IMG/VR virus record: IMGVR_UViG_3300012940_000008
Coordinates: 1-47,723 of that record
DNA: 47,723 nt
From: a virus
Taxonomy: Duplodnaviria > Caudoviricetes
Reading direction: 5' to 3' (one strand)
This document shows positions 27,602 to 36,196 of the stretch, one piece after another. The first letter of the stretch is position 1, and each line of letters begins with the position of its first letter. Both the position numbers and the translations under genes were made by a program. The notes under the pieces were generated by a model, which was not told where the DNA came from, did not search any database, and worked only from the letters and a program-made list of their open reading frames with translations.

Positions 27602-28086
27602 CGCCCTACCTCGAGGCCTCCGCGGAGATCGAAGGGGCCTACCGCTACCGGCTCCGGCGGCGGTGGGCTCCCTCCCGCCCCTTCGATACGGTCGCCTTCG
27701 TGATGCTCAACCCGTCGACCGCGGACGGGACGGAGGACGACCCCACGATCCGGAGGTGCGTCGGCTTCGCCCGCCGCTGGGGCTTCGGCGCCCTCGAGGT
27801 CGTCAACCTCTACGCCATCCGGGCGACGGACCCCATGCAGATCCAGCTCGCCCGCTTCGACCCGGTGGGCCCGCGGAACAACGCGGCGATCCTCGAGGCG
27901 GTCCGGAAGGCTGATCGGCTCGTTTGCGCCTGGGGTGCCCATCCCGCGGTCCAGGGGAGAGACCTCGAGGTCTTCGATCTCCTCCTCGAAGCGGGCGCCG
28001 TCCCGCGGGCCCTGGGAATCACGAAGACCGGATACCCCCGCCATCCCCTCTACGTCCGGGCGGACGTGGAGCTGGTCGACCTGTGA
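27598..28086 (+). CDS. DUF1643-family protein
   Basis: YRY.L.R.W, FVMLNPSTAD...DDPTIRRC..FA..WG, NLYA.RATDP, AWG and PRHPLY motifs. Confidence 0.92.
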   Translation: MTPYLEASAEIEGAYRYRLRRRWAPSRPFDTVAFVMLNPSTADGTEDDPTIRRCVGFARRWGFGALEVVNLYAIRATDPMQIQLARFDPVGPRNNAAILEAVRKADRLVCAWGAHPAVQGRDLEVFDLLLEAGAVPRALGITKTGYPRHPLYVRADVELVDL

Positions 28087-28352
28087 TCCCTCCGATCCTC
28101 GAGCTCGAGGGAGCAACCGAAGAGGAAAACCGGGCCGCGGAGGTCATGGTGGGCGAATGCGCGAAAGCGGTCGCCCTCCTCCTCCGCTCCCGGCGCCGCG
28201 GGGTCAAGGTCCGCGGGCTCCCGGAGAAGGGGGTGATCCAGCTCATCGCCCTCTCCGCGGTCGTCGAGAGGACGCTCGAGCTCTACCCGCCGGAGGTCCA
28301 GGAGGAGATCCGCGCCCTGGGCCTCGAGGTGGCGAAGGTGATCGCCCGATGA
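28083..28352 (+). CDS. Hypothetical protein
   Basis: GTGA coupling; high GC3. Confidence 0.55.
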   Translation: MIPPILELEGATEEENRAAEVMVGECAKAVALLLRSRRRGVKVRGLPEKGVIQLIALSAVVERTLELYPPEVQEEIRALGLEVAKVIAR

Positions 28353-28876
28353 AGAAGACCCCCGGGGAGAGCCGGGCCCTCTTCGCCAGGATGCACGAAT
28401 GGGAGGCGGAGCAGCGCCGCCGCCTCGCCCGGACCGTCCGCCGGGTCACGCCGACCCGCCGCGCCCTCGAGGCGGAGAAGCGCATCCGGGACGCAGCTCG
28501 AGCTCGAGGGGAGCGGGTCCGCTGGGATGCCGCGGTCGCCGAGCTGGCGAAGACGGACCCGAAGGCCGCCGCCGTCCTGGGCAAGCGGATCGCCGCCATG
28601 CGCGAATGGCAGAAAGCGAAGCGGCGGGAGGAGTACGCCGCCCTCGACGCGGAGGGCCGCCGGGCCCGCTCGAAGGTCGTCGAGGCCCAGCGGAAGGAGC
28701 GTCTCCGGAAGGAGGCGAGGAAGGCCCCGCCGGTCTCCTGCGCGTGCGGCTGTGGCGTCTCCTGGTGCAACCTACCGGCGCCCGGCGATGCGCGGACGCT
28801 CGCCTCCGCCGCCTGCAAGCATCGTCTCTACCGGAGGCGGGCGAAGGCCTCGAGCTCGAGCGCCTCGAGCCCGTAG
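28349..28876 (+). CDS. Basic protein with C-terminal zinc-binding motif
   Basis: ATGA coupling; CACGCG...C...ASAACKHRLYRRR. Confidence 0.6.
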   Translation: MKKTPGESRALFARMHEWEAEQRRRLARTVRRVTPTRRALEAEKRIRDAARARGERVRWDAAVAELAKTDPKAAAVLGKRIAAMREWQKAKRREEYAALDAEGRRARSKVVEAQRKERLRKEARKAPPVSCACGCGVSWCNLPAPGDARTLASAACKHRLYRRRAKASSSSASSP

Positions 28877-29436
28877 ACCCGCCGCCCCTCGAGCTCCTCG
28901 CACGCCCCGCCGACGCGACGCCACGCCCGCGGGAGCTCCTCGAGGACCCGGAACCACGTCCCGCCCCCGCATCCCTCGAAGGTCCGCGCCACCGCGGGCG
29001 GGCCGCCCCTGCAACCGTCCTCGAGGAGCTCGAGGGCGGGCTGGGTGCATCCCGCGTCGGCGAAGGCCTGGGGGACCCCGTAGCTCGTCGGGAGGCACCG
29101 GGTCGTCCCGGTCCCGTCGTCCTGGGGGATGCACGCCACCTCGAGCACGCGGTCGTAGAAGCCGCGATCCTGGACGAAGCGGGAGCCGTCGTCGCCCTCG
29201 AGGACGACGCGGTGGAGCTCGAGCCGGGAGCCGCTCGAGCTCGAGGGCCCGGAGGACCCTGTGCTCTCGCCCCCTGGTCCCGGCGGCCCAGGAGGGCCCG
29301 GAGGCCCCTGTGGTCCGGGCGGCCCCTGGGGTCCGGCGAGGGCCCCTCCGGAGCTCGAGGACGACGCGGTGGGCTCCTCCGCCGCGGAGCAAGCGGCGAG
29401 GGCCAGGAAGAGGGCGGCGGAGATCGTGGTCTTCAT
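28828..29436 (-). CDS. Lipoprotein with collagen-like repeat and Cys-rich domain
   Basis: MKTTISAALFLALAA-C lipobox; (GPx)n run; SGSRL...DG...FYD..L...C.....DG...RCLP domain. Confidence 0.8.
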   Translation of the reverse strand: MKTTISAALFLALAACSAAEEPTASSSSSGGALAGPQGPPGPQGPPGPPGPPGPGGESTGSSGPSSSSGSRLELHRVVLEGDDGSRFVQDRGFYDRVLEVACIPQDDGTGTTRCLPTSYGVPQAFADAGCTQPALELLEDGCRGGPPAVARTFEGCGGGTWFRVLEELPRAWRRVGGACEELEGRRVYGLEALELEAFARLR

Positions 29437-29500
29437 GCTCTCGAGATACGCCCCCGGGCGGGATTTTCCTCCAACCCGCAAGGGGCGGTCGCTTTTCCTC

Positions 29501-29555
29501 TTGCAATTGTGCTCCGCCGGGCGCACTATCCGAATCGTCGCCGCAACGAAGCGGC
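29501..29555 (+). promoter_or_regulatory. Early promoter/operator/hairpin cassette, copy 1
   Basis: TTGCAA-N17-CACTAT; GTGCTCC-N4-GGCGCAC at 29509-29526; hairpin GCCGC-AACGAA-GCGGC at 29540-29555. Confidence 0.8.
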
Positions 29556-29577
29556 ACCGAACGAAGGAGCGGGCGAA

Positions 29578-30018
29578 ATGGAAACCACCTGGAACGCGGA
29601 CGGGATTTGCTCGAAGCATGGCGTCACCCCGAACGAGCGCGGGAATTGCTCCTGCTGCGAGCTCGCCGTCCCGGTCGACGGGGAGCCGAATTGCCCGCAC
29701 CTGATCTCCGGGACCTGCCTCCGCTGTGAGAGCCGCCCGGTCTACGTCGCATGGAAGCGCCGCCAGGAGGCGCAGAAAGCGGGCGAGTCCGCCGGGCGCC
29801 GCTGCCAGCCTGCCGAGGAGCCCCGCTTCAACGAAAACGCCCACGGCTTCCGCCAGGACAACGGCGAGGAGATCAAGGCCTGGAAGGCGGGCTACGAATA
29901 CGGGAAGCGGCTCCGGATCGCCGCGGCGAAGGAAGCCCGGGCCGCCCGCGCCGCCGCGGCCCCGCCGATGGACGAGTGCGCGGTCCATATGGTCCCGGGC
30001 TGCCTCTCCTGCCTCTAA
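29578..30018 (+). CDS. Cys-rich early protein
   Basis: RBS AAGGAG; CSKH, CSCC, CPH, CLRC, CAVH and CLSC motifs. Confidence 0.7.
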   Translation: METTWNADGICSKHGVTPNERGNCSCCELAVPVDGEPNCPHLISGTCLRCESRPVYVAWKRRQEAQKAGESAGRRCQPAEEPRFNENAHGFRQDNGEEIKAWKAGYEYGKRLRIAAAKEARAARAAAAPPMDECAVHMVPGCLSCL

Positions 30019-30042
30019 CCCACCGCCCCGCGCCCGGACGAT

Positions 30043-30077
30043 CCTCAAAGGATCGCCGGGCGCCTCAAAGGATCGCC
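30043..30077 (+). repeat. 15-bp direct repeat upstream of gene at 30081
   Basis: cctcaaaggatcgcc at 30043-30057 and 30063-30077. Confidence 0.85.
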
Positions 30078-30080
30078 ACC

Positions 30081-30389
30081 ATGGCCCGCCGCCGCCCCAC
30101 GAAGACCGTCCGCCTCGACAACTACCGGATCGCCGTCCGCCGCGCCGAGGAGCTCGAGCGGGAGGAGCTCGCCGAGATCGAGCTCGAGCGCCGCCGCGCC
30201 CGGGACGAATTCGAGGCCGCGATGGACGCCGCCGACCTGATCCCCGACGACGCCGCCCGCTCCGCTGCGATGGACGAGGCCCTCGCCGCTGGCAACCGGG
30301 CGGACCTCGAGAGGTTCCTCGCCGTCGAGGCGGTGAAGGCCCGCAAGCTCGAGCGCATCGCCGCCGCGGCGAAGGAGCACCTCTCTTGA
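30081..30389 (+). CDS. Hypothetical helical early protein
   Basis: RBS AAAGGA; 102 aa; high GC3. Confidence 0.65.
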   Translation: MARRRPTKTVRLDNYRIAVRRAEELEREELAEIELERRRARDEFEAAMDAADLIPDDAARSAAMDEALAAGNRADLERFLAVEAVKARKLERIAAAAKEHLS

Positions 30390-30613
30390 CCCCGCGGACG
30401 TGCGAGAGGTGCGGCGAGGAGCTGATCAAGCCACGGCCCGGGGCGAAGTTTTGCGACGCCGCGTGCTACGCCCGGACGGACGCCGAGACGCTCCTCGAGC
30501 TCTACGACCGCGGGCTCTCCCTGGGGCAGATCGCCCGCCGGATGAAGGTCACGCGGCAAGCGATCCACCAACGGCTGCGGACGCTCACCCGGGAAAAAAC
30601 GACGGAGGGGTGA
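30386..30613 (+). CDS. Zinc finger plus HTH DNA-binding protein
   Basis: TTGA coupling; CERC...FCDAAC then GLSLGQIARRMKVTRQAIHQRL. Confidence 0.7.
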   Translation: MTPRTCERCGEELIKPRPGAKFCDAACYARTDAETLLELYDRGLSLGQIARRMKVTRQAIHQRLRTLTREKTTEG

Positions 30614-30623
30614 TCTTTCCCTC

Positions 30624-30678
30624 TTGCAATCGTGCTCCGGCTGGCGCACTATCTCTCTTGTCGCCGCAACGAAGCGGC
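30624..30678 (+). promoter_or_regulatory. Early promoter/operator/hairpin cassette, copy 2
   Basis: TTGCAA-N17-CACTAT; GTGCTCC-N4-GGCGCAC at 30632-30649; same hairpin at 30663-30678. Confidence 0.8.
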
Positions 30679-30699
30679 CCCGCTCGAAAGGTTCCCGCC

Positions 30700-31083
30700 A
30701 TGAAGAAGACCGCCGCCAAGAAGACCCCCGTCGCCAAGTCCGCCGCCGTCGAGATCCTCGTCCAGAAGTGCGAGGGCTTCACCGCCGAGTGCAAGCAGAT
30801 CGCCTTCCCCACCTGGGCGACCGCCACCGCCTACGTCCGCGGGCTCGCCCTCTCCACCGTCCCGGCGGGGTACGAGAAGACGGAGATCCGGATCGGCTGG
30901 GAGGACGGGACCCGCTACGTCTTCCGCCTGGACCTCACCCGCGACCACGCGAAGAAGGAGGACCCCATCGGCGACGACCTCCGCGCCGTCCTCGCCTGGG
31001 CGGAGAAGAGCGGGCTCCGCGCCCACGTCCGGGTCCCGGACCTCGAGGGCCTCGAGCTCCTCGCCGACGAGCTCGCCCGCTGA
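30700..31083 (+). CDS. Early protein, resembles large-polyvalent-protein domain (LPD25-like)
   Basis: GYEKTEIRIGWEDGTRYVFRLDL resembles the GYDKT...W.DG..Y..R.DL pattern as I recall it. Confidence 0.55.
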   Translation: MKKTAAKKTPVAKSAAVEILVQKCEGFTAECKQIAFPTWATATAYVRGLALSTVPAGYEKTEIRIGWEDGTRYVFRLDLTRDHAKKEDPIGDDLRAVLAWAEKSGLRAHVRVPDLEGLELLADELAR

Positions 31084-31142
31084 TTCCGCCACCGGGGGCG
31101 GGCCTCGAGCCCGCCTCCCCTCCCGCCTGAAAGGACCCGCCC

Positions 31143-31535
31143 ATGTCCCGCCGGACCCCGATCTCCGCGAAGCAGCTCGCCGCCCGCGGCTGGACCCGCA
31201 CCGACCCCCGCCCCTGGCGGAAGACCACCGCCCGCTTGTCTCACCCCTCCGGATGGCGCCTCGAGCATTGTGGGCACCCCACCGCACACTGGCCCTGGGC
31301 GCTCTACTCGCCGGAAGGGGAGCTCGTCCTCCGGGGCGTCGCCGGGATCTACCGGGAGCCCGTCTTCGGGACCGCCTTCGCCGACCTCGAGGAAGCGACC
31401 GCCGCCGTCGAGAAGATCCTCGAGGCGGGCGGTCTCGAGGCCTGGATCAAGGGAGCGCCGCTCCCGCCCCTCGAGGCCTTCACGGGCCGCGGGGACCTCT
31501 ACGAAGAGAGCAAGCGGCGCCGCCTCGCCGCCTGA
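31143..31535 (+). CDS. Hypothetical early protein
   Basis: RBS GAAAGGA; H.SGW.L.HCGHPTA.WPW motif. Confidence 0.7.
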   Translation: MSRRTPISAKQLAARGWTRTDPRPWRKTTARLSHPSGWRLEHCGHPTAHWPWALYSPEGELVLRGVAGIYREPVFGTAFADLEEATAAVEKILEAGGLEAWIKGAPLPPLEAFTGRGDLYEESKRRRLAA

Positions 31536-31560
31536 TCACCCCCCACGAAAGGACCGCACG

Positions 31561-31956
31561 ATGAACGCAACCGAAACCCGCCGAGAGCTCCGCCGGAAGG
31601 AGCTCCGGGAGAGGGCCGCCTTTGTCGCCCTCGCCGCCCTCTCCCCCGAAATAACGCTAGGCCAGGACGTGATCGCCCGGTCGGCGAAGAGGTCCGTCGA
31701 GCTGGGCGACCTCTTCGCCCAGGAGCTCCTCGCCCTCGAGGACAAGCGGGCCGCGGAGCTCTCCCTGGGGGCGCCGCCCCCGGTCCCGCTCCCGCAGGGC
31801 GTCCTCGAGAGCTGGGCCGCCCGCCTCGAGGCGGAGGGCGCCGAGGGGGCCCGGAAGGTCGCCCGGGCGATCCGGACCCGCCTCGAGGGGGAAGAGGAGC
31901 GCCCGAAGCCGCCGCCGACGCTGGTCCCCGGACCGGGAAGGAGCCGGACGCCGTGA
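31561..31956 (+). CDS. Hypothetical early protein
   Basis: RBS GAAAGGA; MNATETRRELRR... Confidence 0.65.
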   Translation: MNATETRRELRRKELRERAAFVALAALSPEITLGQDVIARSAKRSVELGDLFAQELLALEDKRAAELSLGAPPPVPLPQGVLESWAARLEAEGAEGARKVARAIRTRLEGEEERPKPPPTLVPGPGRSRTP

Positions 31957-32672
31957 AGCTCTCCCTCCTCGAGAAGCTCCTCCCGGGCTTCCCTGCCTAC
32001 CATTGGACCCCCGCCCAGCTCATCGCCGCGTGCGAGCGCCTCGAGCTCCTCGAGGGCATAACCGAAGCGGCCCGCGCCCTGGACGCCCAGGGCGTGACCT
32101 CGCCGCGCCTCCGCTACGCCCTCCGCCAGCTCGACAAGCTCGAGGCCCAGGAAGCCCCGCCGCTCCACGTTGTCCCCCTCGAGGACCTGGGCCTCGCCAC
32201 CGCCTACGCCCTCGAGGCCGCCTCCGCTGCAGCGGACGCTCGAGCGGCGGGCGTCCGCTTCGAGCCCATGGACCCGGAGCTCGCCGCGGCGATCCTCCAC
32301 CTCGAGCCGGTCGACGAGCGGAAGGCCCTCCGTGCCCAGGCGAAGCCGTCCGCCGCCGAGGTCGTCCGCATGTGGCGGGAGCGATTCCCCGCCGCGGCGG
32401 AGACCGCGGACTACTGGACCCGCCAGCTCGAGCCGCGCCCGCCCCGCTCCCGCGACCTCGAGATCGGATGGCCCACCTTCGCCACGAAGGAGGTCGGCGA
32501 CGCGGGCCGCCAGGAGCTCGAGGAGCTCGCCCGCTGGTGGCTCCTGGGGTGCGGGCTCGAGCCGGGCGAGCTGGCGACCTGCCTCCCCGCCGTCGCCCGC
32601 TACTCCTCCGCCCCCTATCCCTACCGCTCCGCCCTGACGTTCAATCGCCCGATCTGGACGGTGCTCCGGTGA
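31953..32672 (+). CDS. Hypothetical protein
   Basis: GTGA coupling; 239 aa; high GC3. Confidence 0.65.
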   Translation: MKLSLLEKLLPGFPAYHWTPAQLIAACERLELLEGITEAARALDAQGVTSPRLRYALRQLDKLEAQEAPPLHVVPLEDLGLATAYALEAASAAADARAAGVRFEPMDPELAAAILHLEPVDERKALRAQAKPSAAEVVRMWRERFPAAAETADYWTRQLEPRPPRSRDLEIGWPTFATKEVGDAGRQELEELARWWLLGCGLEPGELATCLPAVARYSSAPYPYRSALTFNRPIWTVLR

Positions 32673-32758
32673 CGCCCTGCCAGCGGATCGGGGCCCTTCC
32701 CTCGAGCTCCGCCGCTGGTGGGATACCGGGCCGCCTGACAACCGAAGGAGACCAACCG

Positions 32759-33250
32759 ATGTGGGATGATGGATGGACGGACACCTGCTCCCGCTGCGGT
32801 CACGAACGCGGGGATCACCTCGTCGGTCGCTACTTCCGCTGTACCGTCGAGGGATGCGATTGCGACGAATTCCAGGAGGAGGACGAAAAAACCTCTTGCG
32901 ATTGTGCTCCGGCGGGCGCACTATCGCTCCCGTCGCCGCATGAAGCGGCCCCGCTCGAAAGGACCCCCGCCATGGCCCGCACGAAGAAGACCACCGCCCC
33001 CGCCACCGTCTCCGCCGCCCTCGTCGACGTTGGCGGCGATCCGACCGTCGACCTCTCCCGCTTCGAGGAGCTCGAGCCGGGCGTCTTCGCCCTCCCGGAT
33101 TTCCTCGAGGGCGTCGACTACCGCGACCTCTCCCGGAAGACCGGCGGCGGGGCGTGGAGCATCGGGCGCAACGAAGCGGGCGAGGTCCGCGCTGCTCTCG
33201 ACGGGCGCTTCTATCAGGCGGCGGGCTGGACCTGCCTCTGGCTCCGGTAG
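32759..33250 (+). CDS. Zn-binding mini-domain in frame with downstream early gene (second start at 32972)
   Basis: RBS AAGGAG then MWDDGWTDTCSRCGHERGDH...C..GCDC..F; no stop before MARTKK at 32972, which has its own promoter and RBS. Confidence 0.6.
   Translation: MWDDGWTDTCSRCGHERGDHLVGRYFRCTVEGCDCDEFQEEDEKTSCDCAPAGALSLPSPHEAAPLERTPAMARTKKTTAPATVSAALVDVGGDPTVDLSRFEELEPGVFALPDFLEGVDYRDLSRKTGGGAWSIGRNEAGEVRAALDGRFYQAAGWTCLWLR
32896..32949 (+). promoter_or_regulatory. Early promoter/operator/hairpin cassette, copy 3
   Basis: TTGCGA-N17-CACTAT; GTGCTCC-N4-GGCGCAC at 32904-32921; hairpin GCCGC-ATGAA-GCGGC. Confidence 0.8.
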
Positions 33251-33258
33251 TTTCCCTC

Positions 33259-33313
33259 TTGCGTGCTCCGCCGGGAGCACGTTACAACCCCAGGCGAGCG
33301 GGCGAGAGCCCGC
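33259..33313 (+). promoter_or_regulatory. Early promoter with perfect operator, copy 4
   Basis: TTGCGT-N18-TACAAC; GTGCTCC-GCCG-GGAGCAC at 33263-33280; GNRA hairpin GCGGGC-GAGA-GCCCGC at 33298-33313. Confidence 0.7.
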
Positions 33314-33341
33314 CGCCCACCGAACGAAAGGACCCGCCACG

Positions 33342-33689
33342 ATGGAACCGATCAACGTTTCGCAGATCCAGGAGAGCCTCCCCGCCCTCCGCCGGGAGTA
33401 TCAGGCCGCCGTCCGGGAGCTGGCGGAGGCCGCCCGCGCCGATTCCCCCGTCGGCGCCGACGCCCTCGACGAGCTCGTCCGCCAGCGGGCCGCGGTCTCG
33501 CCCTGGGTCGTCGAGGCCCACCGCGCCGCGGTCGTCGTCCTGGTCTCCTCGAGCTCGAAGACGGTCCCGGTGGAGGTCGTCGGGCCGCTCCCGAAGATCC
33601 TCGAGCTCGCCGCCTTCGAGGCCCTCTCCGCCGACGCCTTCGATCTCGCCCAGGTCCTCGAGACGAAGGAGAGGGGGATCGCGCTGTGA
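33342..33689 (+). CDS. Hypothetical early protein
   Basis: RBS GAAAGGA; MEPINVSQ... Confidence 0.65.
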   Translation: MEPINVSQIQESLPALRREYQAAVRELAEAARADSPVGADALDELVRQRAAVSPWVVEAHRAAVVVLVSSSSKTVPVEVVGPLPKILELAAFEALSADAFDLAQVLETKERGIAL

Positions 33690-34384
33690 AGAAGCTCTCG
33701 AAGCACGTCCGCGATCAGGCCGCCCAGCTCGCCAACGAAGCCGGACACGGCGAGCTGCTCTTCACCGTCGACGAGGAAGGGACGCTGCTCGAGGTCCCGG
33801 GCTTCGCCGGGCTCCGCTTCGAGCGAGAGGGAAGGGACGTGCAGGGCGTCCTCCGGGACCTCGCCGAAGCCATGGGGCCGCCGCCCGCCCCCGACGCGGA
33901 GGAGCTCGAGCTGCTCCGTTCCATCGGAGGGGGCGCCGACGTTTGGGAGAGAGGTCCCGCCCGCGTCGCCCGCCAGCTCGAGAAGAAGGGCCTCGTCAAA
34001 ATCGTGGAGGCGATGGCGAATCCCCCGGGGCATGAGAGGCAGCCTTACTTCGGATGCGTCCCGACCGCGGCGGGGAAGAAGGCCCGGAGGGGGAGCCCGC
34101 CGTCCCGCCTGGACCCCGCCCTCCGCGTGAATTGCCCGATCTGCCGGGTCGACCCGGGCGCCCTGTGCGTCGAGAAGAAGGAGAGCGGGCGCTACTCCAC
34201 CCGGGAGCCGCACCCGGGCCGGGTCGACGAAGCGAAGGCCCAGGCAAAGGTCGAGCTCCTCGAGGTGGCGACGAAGCTCCTCGAGGCCTTCCCCGTCTTC
34301 GGGACGCGGGACCGGGTCCTCGTCGAGATCCCCCGGGACCTCTTCCTCGAGCTCCGGGACGCGGTGGACGCCGCCGCACGTTGA
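33686..34384 (+). CDS. Protein with phage zinc-finger motif
   Basis: GTGA coupling; CPICRVDPGALC...PHPGR. Confidence 0.65.
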   Translation: MKKLSKHVRDQAAQLANEAGHGELLFTVDEEGTLLEVPGFAGLRFEREGRDVQGVLRDLAEAMGPPPAPDAEELELLRSIGGGADVWERGPARVARQLEKKGLVKIVEAMANPPGHERQPYFGCVPTAAGKKARRGSPPSRLDPALRVNCPICRVDPGALCVEKKESGRYSTREPHPGRVDEAKAQAKVELLEVATKLLEAFPVFGTRDRVLVEIPRDLFLELRDAVDAAAR

Positions 34385-34388
34385 ACGG

Positions 34389-34418
34389 TTGACGGATCGG
34401 AGCCGGAGGGCGTACAAA
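34389..34418 (+). promoter_or_regulatory. Promoter for RHH regulator and nuclease
   Basis: TTGACG-N18-TACAAA; spacer ends in operator-like half site GGCGTAC. Confidence 0.55.
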
Positions 34419-34451
34419 ACCCACCGGCTCCAACCGGAGGACAATCCCCCC

Positions 34452-34676
34452 ATGAGCGAGACGAAGAAGAGGGCCCCGAAGGTGGGGCGCGAATACGCAA
34501 CCGACGCAAGCGAGAAGAGGACGGAGCGCATCCAGATGCGCCTCCGCCGGGACGAGCGGGAGCTCTTCGACCGGGCCGCGGAGCTCTCCGCCGACCTGGA
34601 CGCCTCGAGCTGGGCCCGCCGGATTCTCGTCCGGGAGGCGAAGAAGATCATCGCCGCGGCGGGCGCCTCCAAGTGA
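34452..34676 (+). CDS. Ribbon-helix-helix transcriptional regulator
   Basis: RBS GGAGG; RTERIQMRL...ERELFDRAAE....DASSWARRIL pattern. Confidence 0.75.
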   Translation: MSETKKRAPKVGREYATDASEKRTERIQMRLRRDERELFDRAAELSADLDASSWARRILVREAKKIIAAAGASK

Positions 34677-36196
34677 TCGCCACCGCGCCGATCCAGCTCG
34701 TCACGCTGGGGACGAAGCCCGTCGATCCGAAGGGCGGACCGCGGCGGGCGAAATGGAAGAGCGCCTCCCAGGTCGACACCTTCGGTCTTCTCGACGATCC
34801 GAATTCGACGAGCTCCTGCCAACGCAAATGGGGCTTTCGGACAATCGAGGGGCTCAAGGCCTCCAACCAATTCGCCCAGGCCGGGACCGCCTACCATGAG
34901 CTGATCGATCCCTGGCTCCGGAGCGGGACGCCCCTCCCGGACGATGATACGGGGAAGCGCATCCTCGCCGGGCTCCACTTCCTCCCGCCCCCGGGCGTCG
35001 CCGAGGTGGAGCGGGAATTCTGGCTTCGCTCGCCGGTCGCCGTCTACAACGGCAAGGTGGACTGGGCCTTCCGGGAGGACGCCTCGAAGCCGTGGCCCAC
35101 CGGACCCGGATCGGGCCTGTGGGTCGTCGGCGACAACAAGAGCACGTCGGATCTGAAATGGGCGAAGACGCCCGCCCAGCTCCTCGAGGACGTGCAGGCG
35201 ATGATCTACGCGACGGAGGCCTTCGTCCGGTTTCCGGAAGAGGACCGCCTGGAGCTCCGTTGGACCTACTTCCAGCGGAAGGGCGCCCGGAAGTCGATCC
35301 AGGTCCGGAACAAAGACGGGAGCCCCGTCGTCGTGACCCGGGCCCATGCCTTCGAGCAATTCGCCCGGATCGATGCGACCGCCGCCGAAATGTGCAAGAT
35401 CGAGCTCTCCGGAGCTCGAGCCCATGACCTCCCCCCGAACGCTTCCGCGTGCGACGCCTTCGGGGGTTGTCCCTATCGGGACGTTTGCAATCTCACCCCG
35501 CAAGAAAGGATGAAATCGATCATGGCCCAGGAATCGCTGCGCGAGAGGATGCTGAAGCGGAACGCGGAGAAGGGCGGAGCCGCCCCCGCCGCCACCGCTC
35601 CCGCCGCGTCGACCCCCGCTCCCACCGCCGCCGCCGCGGCGCCGAAGAAGCCCGCGGGCTTCCCCGTCCGCAAGGCAGGGACGGACGGGATCAACCCGCC
35701 GGAGGCGCCGGAGGTGATCGCCCCCACCGGCGAGGCGGAGGCGCCGAAGGCCTCGAGCTCCGGGAAGGAGAAGGGCACCTGCTCTTGCGGTGCCGTCGTC
35801 TTCCTGGACGCCGCCGGGAAGCTCGAGGAGCACAAGCGGAAGGGCGGCTTCCGCTGCCCGGGGACCGGCAAGGCCCCGCTGCCGGAGGAGGCAGCCGCCC
35901 AGCTCGAGGGCGAGGAGACGATCACCGACCCCGCCGCGGTCGCCGCGGTCCAGGCGGAGGCCGCCGCCGTCCAGGAGGAGAAGAAGCCCGCCACCGTGAC
36001 CCGCTTCCCCACCGCGAAGACGAAGCCCGCGGAGGAGGAGGAGCGCCGGGAGGTCCGTCCGCCGGAGGTCGCCGCGGAGCCGGGCGAGCTCTCCACCGCC
36101 GAGGAAAACGCGATGATCGTCGCTCTCCTCGAGGAAATGGACGCGGGCGTGGTCCGCGCCGCCCGGAAGGCGATCAAGCGTCTCCGGAGCATGTAG
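34673..36196 (+). CDS. PD-(D/E)XK nuclease (RecB/Cas4-like) with long low-complexity C-terminus
   Basis: SASQ...CQRKW, GT..H, GKVD, DNKS, Q..IYA and C..FGGCPY...C motifs; C-terminal CSC...H...C knuckle. Confidence 0.85.
   Translation: MIATAPIQLVTLGTKPVDPKGGPRRAKWKSASQVDTFGLLDDPNSTSSCQRKWGFRTIEGLKASNQFAQAGTAYHELIDPWLRSGTPLPDDDTGKRILAGLHFLPPPGVAEVEREFWLRSPVAVYNGKVDWAFREDASKPWPTGPGSGLWVVGDNKSTSDLKWAKTPAQLLEDVQAMIYATEAFVRFPEEDRLELRWTYFQRKGARKSIQVRNKDGSPVVVTRAHAFEQFARIDATAAEMCKIELSGARAHDLPPNASACDAFGGCPYRDVCNLTPQERMKSIMAQESLRERMLKRNAEKGGAAPAATAPAASTPAPTAAAAAPKKPAGFPVRKAGTDGINPPEAPEVIAPTGEAEAPKASSSGKEKGTCSCGAVVFLDAAGKLEEHKRKGGFRCPGTGKAPLPEEAAAQLEGEETITDPAAVAAVQAEAAAVQEEKKPATVTRFPTAKTKPAEEEERREVRPPEVAAEPGELSTAEENAMIVALLEEMDAGVVRAARKAIKRLRSM

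Noticed and set aside
29495-33313. Repeated cassettes as a CRISPR array or integron attC sites
   Set aside because: Copies are 0.4-2.3 kb apart, match -35/-10 promoters, and no cas operon or integrase is present.
34673-36196. Cas4-like gene as evidence for CRISPR-Cas
   Set aside because: Solo Cas4/RecB-like nucleases are common in phage replication modules; no array or cas1/cas2.
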